A stretch of 63,044 nucleotides of DNA, counting the filler, from Octopus bimaculoides (taxonomy: Eukaryota), in assembly GCF_001194135.2 (NCBI RefSeq). It is 8 parts of 7 records of this genome, joined end to end, with 100 filler letters (N's around TTAATTAATTAA, not from the genome) between each part and the next. Parts side by side here need not be neighbours in the genome. Positions count along the whole stretch, not along the records: positions 1 to 4,319 come from NC_068984.1; positions 4,420 to 8,728 come from NC_069001.1; positions 8,829 to 13,249 come from NW_026384218.1; 5 more parts are not named here. One strand, written 5' to 3'. Made by a program: the position numbers and the translations under genes. Shown piece after piece: positions 1 to 12,902 of the stretch (its first letter is position 1; each line of letters opens with the position of its first letter). The notes under the pieces were generated by a model. The model was not told the origin of the DNA. It did not search any database and saw nothing but the letters and a program-made list of their open reading frames with translations.

Positions 1-31
<31 letters not shown>

Positions 32-278
32 ATATGTATATATACATACATATATATATATATATATACACACACACAAACACAGATATATTTATGTGTG
101 TATGTACACACAGACACACACATATAGTTGAAAGTCTTGGCAGGAAATAAGCAAGTCACAGTCAAGATAGAGAATTCAAAGCATTGTCAGCCAAGCAATA
201 TGTATATACAAACATATACATGCATACATACATAATACATACATACATACATACATACATTCATGCAAATATATATGT

Positions 279-322
<44 letters not shown>

Positions 323-612
323 TCATGCGTGCGTGTTGTGGATTGTTATATACATCTATACATATACTGGAATAAAGAAAATATATCAATCTAAGCAGAC
401 ACGACGAAGCAAATCGATGTAAATGTACATTATACAGATGATTATAAAATCGAGTTAGACGTAGAACATACATAAATACACACATGCATGCATACACACA
501 TTATATAGATATATCTATATGTGTGTGTATATATATACAGATATATGCACATATACATATACGTATATATATACATATATGAATATACATATATACATAT
601 AATATATGTATA

Positions 613-649
<37 letters not shown>

Positions 650-1601
650 NNNNNNNNNNNNNNNNNNNNNNNNNNNNNNNNNNNNNNNNNNNNNNNNNNN
701 NNNNNNNNNNNNNNNNNNNNNNNNNNNNNNNNNNNNNNNNNNNNNNNNNNNNNNNNNNNNNNNNNNNNNNNNNNNNNNNNNNNNNNNNNNNNNNNNNNNN
801 NNNNNNNNNNNNNNNNNNNNNNNNNNNNNNNNNNNNNNNNNNNNNNNNNNNNNNNNNNNNNNNNNNNNNNNNNNNNNNNNNNNNNNNNNNNNNNNNNNNN
901 NNNNNNNNNNNNNNNNNNNNNNNNNNNNNNNNNNNNNNNNNNNNNNNNNNNNNNNNNNNNNNNNNNNNNNNNNNNNNNNNNNNNNNNNNNNNNNNNNNNN
1001 NNNNNNNNNNNNNNNNNNNNNNNNNNNNNNNNNNNNNNNNNNNNNNNNNNNNNNNNNNNNNNNNNNNNNNNNNNNNNNNNNNNNNNNNNNNNNNNNNNNN
1101 NNNNNNNNNNNNNNNNNNNNNNNNNNNNNNNNNNNNNNNNNNNNNNNNNNNNNNNNNNNNNNNNNNNNNNNNNNNNNNNNNNNNNNNNNNNNNNNNNNNN
1201 NNNTATATATATATATATATATATGTATGTATTTATTTGTACATTGATTCCATAGTTATAATATGAATGAAAATATGTATTTGAAATAAACGCTCTTTTA
1301 AAATTTCAATGGAAACAAATGATAGAACTCATTGAAAAGGCTGTAGAAGTGGACCATCGCCTTTAGTCGAACAAATCGACCCCAATGCTTATCTTTGTAA
1401 GCCTAGTACTTATTCTATCCGTCTCTTGTGCTGAACCGCTATGTTACGGAGACGTAAACACACCAACATCGGTTGTCAAGTGATAGTGGGAGGACAAACA
1501 CAGACACACAAATGCATACGACGGGCTTCTTTCAGTTTCCGTCAACCAAATCCACTCACAAGGCTTTGGTCAACCAAAGTAGAAGATACGCACATATATA
1601 A

Positions 1602-1783
1602 AGGCATATGGCTCAGTAGTTAGAACATAGGACTTACGATTGTGAGGTTGTGAGTTCGATCCACGAACCGGGCTGTGTGTCGCGTTCATAAACAAGACAT
1701 TTTATGTCATGTTGCTCCAGCTCACTCAGCTGTAGAAATGAGTTGTGACGTCACAGGTGTATCAGCCTTTGCCTTTCCCTTGG
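1602..1783 (+). mobile_element. tRNA-derived SINE family D. Other copies at about 7322-7500(+), 8350-8500(-)
   Basis: Box A/B-like head (tggctcagtagtt; gagttcgatcc) followed by ...gttgctccag.tcactcagctgt.aa.tg.gt. Confidence 0.6.
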
Positions 1784-1813
1784 GTATATATATATATATA
1801 TATATATATACAT

Positions 1814-1845
<32 letters not shown>

Positions 1846-1846
1846 G

Positions 1847-1888
<42 letters not shown>

Positions 1889-2243
1889 TATATATATATA
1901 TATACATATATATGTCTCAGCTTGAAGTGGACACAGCATGTTCTTTGTCTATATNNNNNNNNNNNNNNNNNNNNNNNNNNNNNNNNNNNNNNNNNNNNNN
2001 NNNNNNNNNNNNNNNNNNNNNNNNNNNNNNNNNNNNNNNNNNNNNNNNNNNNNNNNNNNNNNNNNNNNNNNNNNNNNNNNNNNNNNNNNNNNNNNNNNNN
2101 NNNNNNNNNNNNNNNNNNNNNNNNNNNNNNNNNNNNNNNNNNNNNNNNNNNNNNNNNNNNNNNNNNNNNNNNNNNNNNNNNNNNNNNNNNNNNNNNNNNN
2201 NNNNNNNNNNNNNNNNNTATATATATCTATATATATATATATA

Positions 2244-2280
<37 letters not shown>

Positions 2281-2762
2281 GTATGAATGTATGTATGTGT
2301 GTGTTTGTGTGAGTGTATGTATATGTGTAAATTATATGTGCGTGCGTGTGTTTGCATAGGTGTCTGCTCCTCTCACCGCTTGAAAACCGGTGTTGGTTTG
2401 TTTGTAACCCCGCAACATAGCGGTTCGGTAAAAGTACGAGATTTAGAAAAAAAAAAAGACAAACAAACAAATACTAGGGTCCATTTGTTCGACTACAACA
2501 CTCCAAAACGGTGCCCCAGCATGGCTGAGGTTCAATGACTGAAGCATGTGAAAAAAATATAAGATATAACATCCGTTCATTGTGTCTCATAGGTTCTGAG
2601 GATGCAAGAGTAGACAATCGGAAGAGATCTCAAGAACGTGTAGTAGTTACTTAGGCATTATGGCAGTTTTGAGCCGATTCTTGTCGTCAATAACGAAACT
2701 GTTTAATCTCATATCATAAGAATACAAAACATTCTGTGATTATGGAAACTATTTTATGGAAA

Positions 2763-3123
2763 CTCTTTACTCTTTTACTCTTTTACTTGTTTCAGTATAT
2801 TTTGACAGTGGCCATGCTGGAGCACCGCCTTTAGTCGAGCAAATCGACCCCAGGACTTATTCTTTGTAAGCCTAGTACTGATTCTATCGGTCTCTTTTGC
2901 CGAACCGCTAAGTTACGGGGACGTAAACACACCAGCATCAGTTGTCAAGCGATGTTGGGGGGTGTGTGACAAACACAGACACACAAACACATATATATAT
3001 GCATATATACGACGGGCTTCTTTCAGTTTTCATCTACCAAATCCACTCACAAGGCTGTAGGACTGAACCCGGAACCATGTGGTTGGTAAGCAAGCTACTT
3101 ACCACACAGCCACTCCTACGCCT
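2763..3123 (-). mobile_element. tRNA-derived SINE family A (bipartite, internal microsatellite). Other copies at about 1355-1575(-), 2372-2560(+), 25113-25393(-), 26283-26942(-, interrupted), 27765-27990(-), 32495-32602(+), 37748-37915(+), 38020-38143(-), 45776-45937(+), 55010-55200(-), 56035-56305(+)
   Basis: Recurrent head with box A/B-like motifs (tggctgtgtggtaag; ggttcagtcc) and tail ending (aagagta)n; copies are alignable by eye. Confidence 0.85.
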
Positions 3124-3540
3124 GGAACAAAAAAAAATCAATAAAAATTAAAATAATAATAATAATAAAAAAAAATATGATCCCATGAAGTAAGCAGTAA
3201 TATCAGATCTGAAAACAGTTTCAAGAACAACAGCAAAAACAGCAGCAATAACAACAAAAACAGCCGCATCAAGAACAAGAACAAAATTTATTAAGTTTCG
3301 CGACAGCAACACCTTTCATTGTTCTCTTTTATCGATCGGAATGGTCAAATTCAGACACCGATTTAGCATACTATGAAGGTTGTACTCTTAAAAAAGTTCC
3401 TTTTCTTCTCAAGAGTTACTTCACGTCTTTCCTTCTTCCCCAGTCTGTCTCAGTCTAATTCTACTATACACATACATCATGTATATATATATATAATATA
3501 CACATATATATATACATACATAATATATATTCGGTAAATG

Positions 3541-3576
<36 letters not shown>

Positions 3577-3764
3577 TGCGTGCACGGGGGCAGTCTCACA
3601 CACACACACACACACACACACATCACATATATATATATACATACATGCATATATGGGTACAGGACATAACAAAAAACGTNNNNNNNNNNATGTATATGTA
3701 TATATATATATATATACACACGAATCTATGTATACGTGCATAAACACACACACACAAACGCGCG

Positions 3765-3819
<55 letters not shown>

Positions 3820-4272
3820 TTTGCAAATGCGTGCACTGGAAGCAAAAGAACTTGAAATGAATTCAGGTATATTGAAAATTGTAAACAATAGCATGAGTAC
3901 ATATACATACTCGCGTACCTGCATAATTATATAACATACATACACACCTACAGATGCACACACACACACACACACAGAGACTCGCGCGCGCACCCATATA
4001 TATATATATACACACATATATACATGCGCAGATATATAAACACACAGAAGCACAATGTAATGTGTATCATCATATTACTGCTGCCGTCTGTCTCGTGTTT
4101 ATGATGTAAAATAAAAAAGAAATGGACCAGATTTTTTAAAATACGTTTAAAATAGATGCCAATGTATGTATGTATGTATGTATGTATGTATGTATGTATG
4201 TATGTATGTATGTGTGTGTGTGCATGTATGTACGTATGTATGCACGCCTGCATCTGTGTATTGATAAATGGA

Positions 4273-4319
<47 letters not shown>

Positions 4320-4363
4320 NNNNNNNNNNNNNNNNNNNNNNNNNNNNNNNNNNNNNNNNNNNN

Positions 4364-4375
4364 TTAATTAATTAA
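4364..4375. other. Assembly gap placeholder (N..TTAATTAATTAA..N, 100-bp block); also at 8773, 13294, 18318, 29325, 46714, 61246
   Basis: The identical 12-mer is centred in seven 100-bp N blocks. Confidence 0.9.
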
Positions 4376-4507
4376 NNNNNNNNNNNNNNNNNNNNNNNNN
4401 NNNNNNNNNNNNNNNNNNNGCCATAAGGCTAAACCCGTTATAAGTGAGAAGTCCAGGGTAATGCCATAAACTGGCCTATATATATGTGTGTGTGTGTGTA
4501 TGTGTGT

Positions 4508-4696
4508 GTGGCACGTAAAAGCACCCGCTACACTCTCTGAGTGGTTGGCATTAGGAAGGGCATCCAGCTGTAGAAACTCTGCCAAATCAGATTGGAGCCT
4601 GGTGTAGCCATCTGGTTTCACCAGTCCTCAGTCAAATCGTCCAACCCATGCTAACCTGGAAGGCGGACGTTAAACGATGATGATGATGATGATGAT
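4508..4696 (+). mobile_element. 5'-truncated RTE 3' end with (GAT)n tail
   Basis: Homologous to 12720-12902 and 7940-8130 (gagtggttggcgttaggaagggcatccagctgtagaaac...gttaaacgatgatgat). Confidence 0.8.
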
Positions 4697-4914
4697 ATAT
4701 ATAAAAATCAAACCTAATTGTGTTTATCTACATCACTATCTTGTTCTCTTTCTCTCTGTATATATGTATGAGTGTGTGTGTAAGTGTTTGTCACCACCAC
4801 CACAACCACCATCGCCACAACCACTTGACAACTGTTGCTGGTTTGTTTACGACCCCCGTAACTTCATGATTCAGCATAAGAAACTGAAGAGAGACTGATA
4901 GAATAAGTACAGGC

Positions 4915-4949
<35 letters not shown>

Positions 4950-5277
4950 TGAGATCTAGGATTCATAAGGCAGTTTATTCAGTTACTATTGCAAGATCAC
5001 AGCATTCTCCTTGAACAAGATGCTGGTCCATTGCAGGGTTTGAGGCAAGCAATTTTGCAGTGAGGGTAGCAAGTGGATTACACTGACACCCAGCATTTGA
5101 TGGACATATTAAGTTATACACCCTGAAGGTATGAAAGGTGAAGCTTAGCTCAGAAGGATTTGAATTCAGAACAAGGCGAACTGGAAGAAATGCTGCCAAG
5201 CATTTTTGTCTGGTGTTTATATATATATATATGTACATATCTGTATATGTATTAAGTCACCTATGTATGTGTGTACC

Positions 5278-5322
<45 letters not shown>

Positions 5323-5502
5323 GTGTATATATATATAAAGTAGTTGTATACTGCCAACATAACGTGACAGTCCCAATAAGGGAATATACTACTGCTGCTT
5401 AGCCCTAGGAAGCTGGACCGCTTCCTATTAGGCCTTGACACATTTCCTGTGCCCTTATCCTTACGAGGGGGAGACAAACTCCTCCACCCAGCCTAGCCTG
5501 CA

Positions 5503-5545
5503 TTCAGGGACATGTTTCTGAGTCTTTGCTCGTCATCAGCCTGAA
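5503..5545 (-). ncRNA. Minimal type I hammerhead ribozyme motif
   Basis: Minus strand reads UUCAGG-CUGAUGA-c-GAG caaaga CUC-a-GAAA-CAUGU-C-CCUGAA. Helix I is 6 bp perfect, core is canonical, triplet is GUC, helix III is the palindrome ACAUGU. Confidence 0.75.
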
Positions 5546-6207
5546 GTAGCACGGCGGGCTAGATGAAGTCTGTCTCACTCCATATATATATATACACAGA
5601 CACACGCATATATATCTTAAAATGAGTGCATGCATACTTATATAATTATAGATAAGAACATTATAGTATGTATACATAAACAAAGATACACACATACTAT
5701 ATATTGACATTTATATATATACATATACACACACACACACACACAAGCAAGAAGTAAAAGAGGTCTGCAAGTGAAAATTTTATATAAATAGAAAAGGCAG
5801 TATAAATCCAACAATCAGAACAACCAATCACACAGTGAAAGTGTGTATATACTTACATATATATATATATACATACATACATACAGACATATACATACAT
5901 ACATACATATATATGCATCATTGTGTGTCTATGTTTGCTTGTGTGTATGTGTGTGTGTGTGATTGAATTTTGATGATGAATACAAAATATATGTCAGTGG
6001 AAGTGGGTGTGGATGGATTGGCAGGGGGGGCTTGAAGAGGTGGGGTAGGGTGGGGCACTTGATGGTGGAGAAGGATAGTGAGGAGTCTCTATGGCAGGAA
6101 GCAATAAAGGAAAAGGTTATCTTTATAAATTGATGAAGATATTACAAACACAATGATACACACACACACATATACAAATCCATACATATATACGTAAAAC
6201 TACATGC

Positions 6208-6240
<33 letters not shown>

Positions 6241-7629
6241 AAGACAGACAGATAGATAGACAGACAGACAGACACGTATAAATATATATATNNNNNNNNN
6301 NNNNNNNNNNNNNNNNNNNNNNNNNNNNNNNNNNNNNNNNNNNNNNNNNNNNNNNNNNNNNNNNNNNNNNNNNNNNNNNNNNNNNNNNNNNNNNNNNNNN
6401 NNNNNNNNNNNNNNNNNNNNNNNNNNNNNNNNNNNNNNNNNNNNNNNNNNNNNNNNNNNNNNNNNNNNNNNNNNNNNNNNNNNNNNNNNNNNNNNNNNNN
6501 NNNNNNNNNNNNNNNNNNNNNNNNNNNNNNNNNNNNNNNNNNNNNNNNNNNNNNNNNNNNNNNNNNNNNNNNNNNNNNNNNNNNNNNNNNNNNNNNNNNN
6601 NNNNNNNNNNNNNNNNNNNNNNNNNNNNNNNNNNNNNNNNNNNNNNNNNNNNNNNNNNNNNNNNNNNNNNNNNNNNNNNNNNNNNNNNNNNNNNNNNNNN
6701 NNNNNNNNNNNNNNNNNNNNNNNNNNNNNNNNNNNNNNNNNNNNNNNNNNNNNNNNNNNNNNNNNNNNNNNNNNNNNNNNNNNNNNNNNNNNNNNNNNNN
6801 NNNNNNNNNNNNNNNNNNNNNNNNNNNNNNNNNNNNNNNNNNNNNNNNNNNNNNNNNNNNNNNNNNNNNNNNNNNNNNNNNNNNNNNNNNNNNNNNNNNN
6901 NNNNGTGTATATATGAGTGTGTTTATATGTTTATAGATTCTGGAAAGTAAATTGGATCAATATCTACAAAGAGTCAGTGGTAGGTTGGGGTGGGGTTGGG
7001 AGGGGTTAGGCGAGTGTGTTCTCTGAAGAAGGAGACTGAGAGAGACAGAAAAAAGATAGAAAGAGAGGAAGAGAGAGAGAGACTGAGACAGAGAAAGAAA
7101 AAGAGGGCGAGAGAGTAAGAAGGAGAGTAAGAATAAGTATGAGCCTGGGGGGTGTAGGTTGAATATCAGTAAAACAATGAATGTTTATGTATGTTCTCAT
7201 GTAAATATATGAAGGAGATGTAATTAACAAGAGTAATTAGATACACTCACAGACTGATGGAATGACACACAGAGAAATCAACTATGTAACTATATATATA
7301 TATGTGTATGTGTGTGTGTGTGTGAAATGGCATGTGACCTAGTGGTTAGGAGATTGCACTCAGAAATGCTAGATCATGGTTTCAATTTCGAGACCGGGTG
7401 GTACATTGTGTTCTTGAGCAAAACACTTCATTTCTTGTTCTTCCAGTTCACAGTTCAGTCAGCTGTAAATGGGTTAACTCTGTGATGGAACAACTTTCTG
7501 GTCAGTGGGAATGATGGCCTGCATTTATGGCCATCGGGATGGCATCATTGAAAAGCTGAAACAATGTAAAGCGTGTGGTGACCAACAATGTATAACACCA
7601 TCCAATACTGAAATTGATACTGTGAAATC

Positions 7630-8130
7630 GATGACTGGCACCTATGCAACCATATTCGATGACTGGCACCTGTGCCAGTGGAGCACTAACAGCACCATCC
7701 AAGCGTCATCATTGCCAGAGCAGCTGTCTGGCTTCTGTGCTAGTAACACGTAAATAGCACCATTTGAGCGTGATTGTTACCAGCGTGGCCTTACTGGCAC
7801 TTGTGCCGGTGGCATGTTAGAAAATCATTCGAGCAAGGTCGTTGCCAAAGCCCCTGGACTGGCTCCTGTGCAGGTGCCACGTAAAAAACACCATTTTGAG
7901 CGTGGCTGTTGCCAGTACCGTGCGACTGGCCATCATGCTGGTGGCACGTAAACGCACCCACTACACTCTTGGAGTGGTTGGCGTTAGGAAGGGCATCCAG
8001 CTGTAGAAACTCTGCCAGATCAGATTGGAGCTTGGTGTAGCCATCTGGTTTGCCAGTCCTCAGTCAAATCGTCCAACCCATGCTAGCATGGAAAGCGGAC
8101 GTTAAACGATGATGACGATGGTGATGATGA
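7630..8130 (+). mobile_element. RTE 3' UTR with about 5 tandem ~65-bp units and (GAT)n tail
   Basis: Units start at about 7661, 7728, 7793, 7858, 7925 (actggc...gtggcacgtaaaa.gcaccat...gcgtg...ttgccag), followed by the shared RTE tail. Confidence 0.75.
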
Positions 8131-8643
8131 GTATATGTATGTATGTATGTTTGTGTGTGCATGTGTGTATGTCTGTATAAATATATATATACACATATAT
8201 AATGGACTTTCCTGTTGTTAGATGATGTATGACGGTTTGACAAATTCTTACCAAACAACCACACAGATGATTTGTTTATAGTAATCAAATGTTTGTTTAG
8301 ACATAAGCTCACTTCCTCCATCAAATCGGCATTATCTATACAAGTACAACTGGGTGCCACATGTCACATGCTGAAATGACCACAGAGCGACGTGAAATGA
8401 AGTGCTTTGCTCCAGAACACAATGCAATGTCCGGTCTGAGAACTGAACCCATGATCTCGCAATCGGGAGTGCAACTCCCTAACCAGTAAGCCATGCACCT
8501 TTATATAACTCTTATATGCACATATAATATTATATATATATATATATATATATGGGAGAATATACAAAAAATAACAACAGACGAGGACAGGTGGTGTAAA
8601 TAACAAAAGTATATATTAGTATGACGCTCGGGAATACGGAAAG

Positions 8644-8680
8644 TCTTTGACGTTTCGAGCTACGCTCTTCAACAGAAAGA
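8644..8680 (-). ncRNA. Minimal type I hammerhead-like motif (core variant CUGUUGA)
   Basis: UCUUU-CUGUUGA-a-GAGC gua GCUC-GAAA-CG-UC-AAAGA. Helix I 5 bp, helix II 4 bp, palindrome ACGU, GUC triplet; A6->U deviation. Confidence 0.6.
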
Positions 8681-9753
8681 ATACGGAGACAAGGAGAAAA
8701 ACACAGAGAAAAAAAATTGAAAAAAAATNNNNNNNNNNNNNNNNNNNNNNNNNNNNNNNNNNNNNNNNNNNNTTAATTAATTAANNNNNNNNNNNNNNNN
8801 NNNNNNNNNNNNNNNNNNNNNNNNNNNNTTAGTGGGTTGAACCCCCAACCCCTAACTCTCTCACGTTATATATATACACACACACACATGTATATGTACA
8901 TATATATATATATATAAACAAAACAAAAAATGGATCAAGAATGTAACAGGCAACAAAACATTCAGACAGTTAGACAATACAAAAATAACAGAAAAAAACA
9001 AGGATGGGTCATTCAGAGCTTTCAATGTTCAGTCAAGTACCAGATTGTCTTTGCAGTTTCGGCCGGTTACTCTCGAGACTGCTCTAATTTGGCTGGCCCC
9101 AAGAAAATCTAAGCTGAGAGCACTAGATTCTTTGGAGAAAAGCAAGTGAATGTATACAAAAACAAGGACAAAAAACAAAAAAAAAAAAAAACGAGAAATG
9201 GTACATATTTACAAATACAAACAACAGAACATTAACAACAGGTGTCTTTTGACTAAGGACGAATTAAATTAAGCTGGCATGTGTAGAAGTGAAGCCTTAC
9301 GGTAGGAACATAGAAGATGAAAGTCATGGGAAGGAATATAAGAGATGCTACACGGATGGTAGTCAAACCAAGAAAGAAAAGTGAGGCTTGGCCGAACACC
9401 AGTCACGAGGAAGGAGAGGAGAGTGGTAGTGGGTAGAGGGATTGAAGAATTAGGGAGGGACGAGAAAGACAGAAAAAAGGGACAGAATGAAGTAAAGAAG
9501 GACGGAAAGTGATGAGAATGAAGAGAAGGTAAAGATATATATATATATATATATATATATATCAAGTAAAGGTAATAAACCTCCTTAAGGGATCATAAAT
9601 CCAATGAAAATACTGTTTAGTTACCAATCTATAGAATGATAAACTATAAGGTAACCATATAAACTGTGGTTCATATATATATATTTAAAGAATAAAGAGA
9701 GAATGGAGAGGTAATTAATAAAATTATTTATCAATTCTAAAATATGACAACAT

Positions 9754-9835
9754 CTCTGACAGTTGTTTCAATTCAGAAATCTCAAGATAATTTATCTATA
9801 AATTTAAAATCATTATAAGATGAATCTCTTCAGAG
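9754..9835 (-). ncRNA. Decayed hammerhead-like motif with long helix II
   Basis: CUGAAGA-GAUUCA...UGAAUU-GAAA-CAACU-GUC-AG. Helix II 6 bp; ACAACUGU is one change from a palindrome; helix I only 2-3 bp. Confidence 0.35.
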
Positions 9836-11029
9836 GTAGTAAGGATATACTGATTAGAAATACATGCTGAGATAAGAGCTATGAAACCATTACAAAAGAA
9901 TATATACAAAAAGAAGGAACCAATCTAATATAGGGGGAGAAATTAGTATATAGTATTATGTTCTTTAAGAAAAGAAGAGATTAATATATCACAGGGTATT
10001 GAGAAAGAGAAAAGAAAAAGAAAAAGGGAAGGAAGAATGGAAGCAGAAAAACACATGTATTTATAACTATAAAATATAACATAATAATTACACTATCCAA
10101 CATAGGGGAGCAGGCAGTGTATATTTTGTGTCTTAAATAAAAGGAAAAGAGATTAATATAATATCAAAGGGTAGTGAGAAGGAGAAAAAGAAAACGGAAA
10201 AAAGCAGAAAAATGCATGTTATATATAAATATATAATAAGGTCATTTCTTGTTGCAATGGCTACTCTCTGCTATTCTTCTTACTAGCTTAGGCCAAAGTC
10301 TGCCATCTTCATCCATTTCTGGCTGTCGCTTCCACATGTCCCCCCACCCTCTCTCAGACTTTCATTAGTTTATTCCATGTGCTAGGCTGTTTGATGACAC
10401 TCAAAAATATGCACAGCTAAGCTAAGAATTTCTCTTGTTTTTTAATCGCCTCATTCAATCAAACTCATCTGTTCTCTAAAATAATTCTTTTGTGTTTGTT
10501 CTGCCCCTAAATGACTAAACTTGTTTCTTGGCTACATGTATACACATATTTTGTACTTTTCTCTAAAATAATTCTTTCCTGTTTGCTCTACCCCTTAAAA
10601 TGACATTTTCGTGTCTGTGATTGTGCCCACCCTTTCCTACCTCCACCAACATCGGAAATCTCTTTCTCTTATTGGACATCCAGTTGCCCTTCCTCTCTCT
10701 CCTCTTATATTGGTAACCTTGCAGCCCTTTCCTTTCTCTTCCCACCATCTCTGGACTAACTAAACCAGATAGCAGCCCACTTACCCTCTCTCTCTCTCTC
10801 TTTTTTTACAATTATATCTGCAGCATCACTAATGCTTATACCTACAGTGCTCAGAATGCTTATATAAACGCTTATATTTATAATGCCCCAAACACATATA
10901 CAATGCTTCCTTACTCCCAACCCCCAGTAGAGGCAATAACCTTAATAATTCTAACATGTTTGAATGATGGTAGGTTAAAAGCAAGAACAACAATTATGAT
11001 GTCTATTACCAAACGATCACAGGAACCTT

Positions 11030-12902
11030 CTTTTCAGGTGCTGAATAACATCCCTCCTTCTTGTGTTACCTCCCATATATCTTTCCCAGTTTTCAGAGTT
11101 GGCACCGTAAATGTAGGCACACTGAAAGGTGGGTCTAGTGAGATTATAAAGATGCTTGAACAGACATGTGTTGATGTACGTTGCGTACAAGAGGTAAGGT
11201 GGAGAGGAGCTTCTACTAGAGACCTCACAGGCAAAGCACATAGGTATAAACTCTTCTGGGAAGATAATAGTGATGGAATAGGGGGTGTAGGCATACTTCT
11301 TGCAGAAAAAATGGTGGATAAGGTCATAAAGGTAGTGAGGTACTTAACATAGAGGCACTTAAACTCCGGCTAGTCTTGCAGAATAGTATAGCTAGAATTA
11401 TCTGTGCTTACACCCAAACAAGCAGGCCTACCAGTTGAACAGAAGGATCACTTCTATGATATTCTTCTGCAGGCTACCTCAAAGATGAGTGACAATGATC
11501 TCATCTTTGTGGCTGGAGATTTTAATGGGTATGTCAGACAGCAACCTGGTATCCTTTATGGTGTACATGTGGGCCATGGAGTTCATACCAGAAATGAAGA
11601 GGGAACTAGGCTCCTGGATTTCTACAACACCAACTTCAGGATGCCAGCTAGCCACCTGACTCTACGAGCCAAATTAATTACATTCTCACCAGATAGTGGG
11701 ATGCATGGTTTCTCTTAAATACAAAGGTCCTCCCTGGTGAAGAATGTACCTCCCAGCATTAACTAGAAGGATGCCAAAAAGCAGACCAATCTGGAAAAGA
11801 AGAACTTGGAAGCTTAGGAACCTTTCACATGATCAGAGATTTAGGGATATCCTTACTGAGAAATTTGATGATAGGGAGGAGCTACAGATCTGTGACATAG
11901 AAGGCCGCTGGGAATTCCTGCAAGACAGCTTGCTGAGAGCCACAGCCCAAATCTGTGGCTGGTGCAAAGTCCCTTCCAGACCTAGGGTAACATGGAGGTG
12001 GAGCAATACTGTAGACAGGGCCATTAGAGCAAAGAAACAAGCTTTGGAAGGTCAGGAAGAGTGGGGGTAGCAGGAGAATGTATCAAATAGCCAAAAGCAA
12101 AGTTAGGAGGCAGGTACATATAGCCAAGGGAGTAGCAGAAAAGAAGAAATTTACCAATGTTCAGTGATGTGAGGACCAGAGAACTGAAGTATTTCAGATT
12201 GCAAGACAGAGTGTGAGAGAAAACCGTAATGTCATAGGAGAGAAATGTGTCTGCATGGATGATGGTGCCCTTGCGCTTAATGATTCTGCAAAAAAAGAGG
12301 CTTAGAGATGCAATTATGAAAGACTGCTGAATGTGGAGAATGAATGGGAGGAGGAGAGTCCTAACTTTCTAACTCTGGAAGGAACCTGTGGAAGAGGTAG
12401 ACCTGAGAAGACATGTGGTGAGGTGGTGAAGCATGACCTTCGATCATTCAGCCTCACAGAGGCAATGACAGGAGACCGAGACCTTTGGAGATATGCTGTT
12501 AATGAGAAGACCCGGCAACTGAAGTCAGATCGCAGCCATGCATGTCCTGCCCAGTTAAGAGTACCCCTGATGTGTTGGGTGACATGATATGCTTGAGAAA
12601 ATCTGTTCAGTCAAGTAAAACCATTATCCTAGCTGTGGCCAGTACCCGCTGACTGGCTCCCATGCTGGTGACACATAAAAAGCACCATCCAAACGTGATC
12701 GATGCCAGGCCTGCTCCTGTGCTGGTGGCATGTAAAAAGTACCCACTACACTCTCGGAGTGGTTGGCGTTAGGATGGGCATCCAGCTGTAGAAACATTGC
12801 CAGATTGGATTGGAGCCTGATGCAGCCTCCTGGCTTCCCAGACCTCAGTCAAACTGTCCAACCAATGCCAGCATGGAAAACAGATGTTAAACAATGATGA
12901 TA
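11030..12902 (+). mobile_element. Decayed RTE-clade LINE (APE endonuclease, linker and C-terminus; RT largely deleted; 3' UTR with GAT-like tail)
   Basis: ORF fragments RVGTVNVGTL, VQEVRWRG, GVGILL, AGDFNG (APE motifs); C-terminal GRGRPEKT...DL...DRDLWR; frameshifts and stops; 3' UTR shared with 4508-4696 and 7630-8130. Confidence 0.85.

Noticed and set aside
2593-2654. Possible plus-strand terminal exon (tctcatag|GT-SEDARVDNRKRSQERVVVT*)
   Set aside because: No upstream partner exons or homology visible; too short to support.
7630-7960. CRISPR-like array
   Set aside because: Eukaryotic context; units are wholly repeated with no unique spacers and belong to an RTE 3' UTR.
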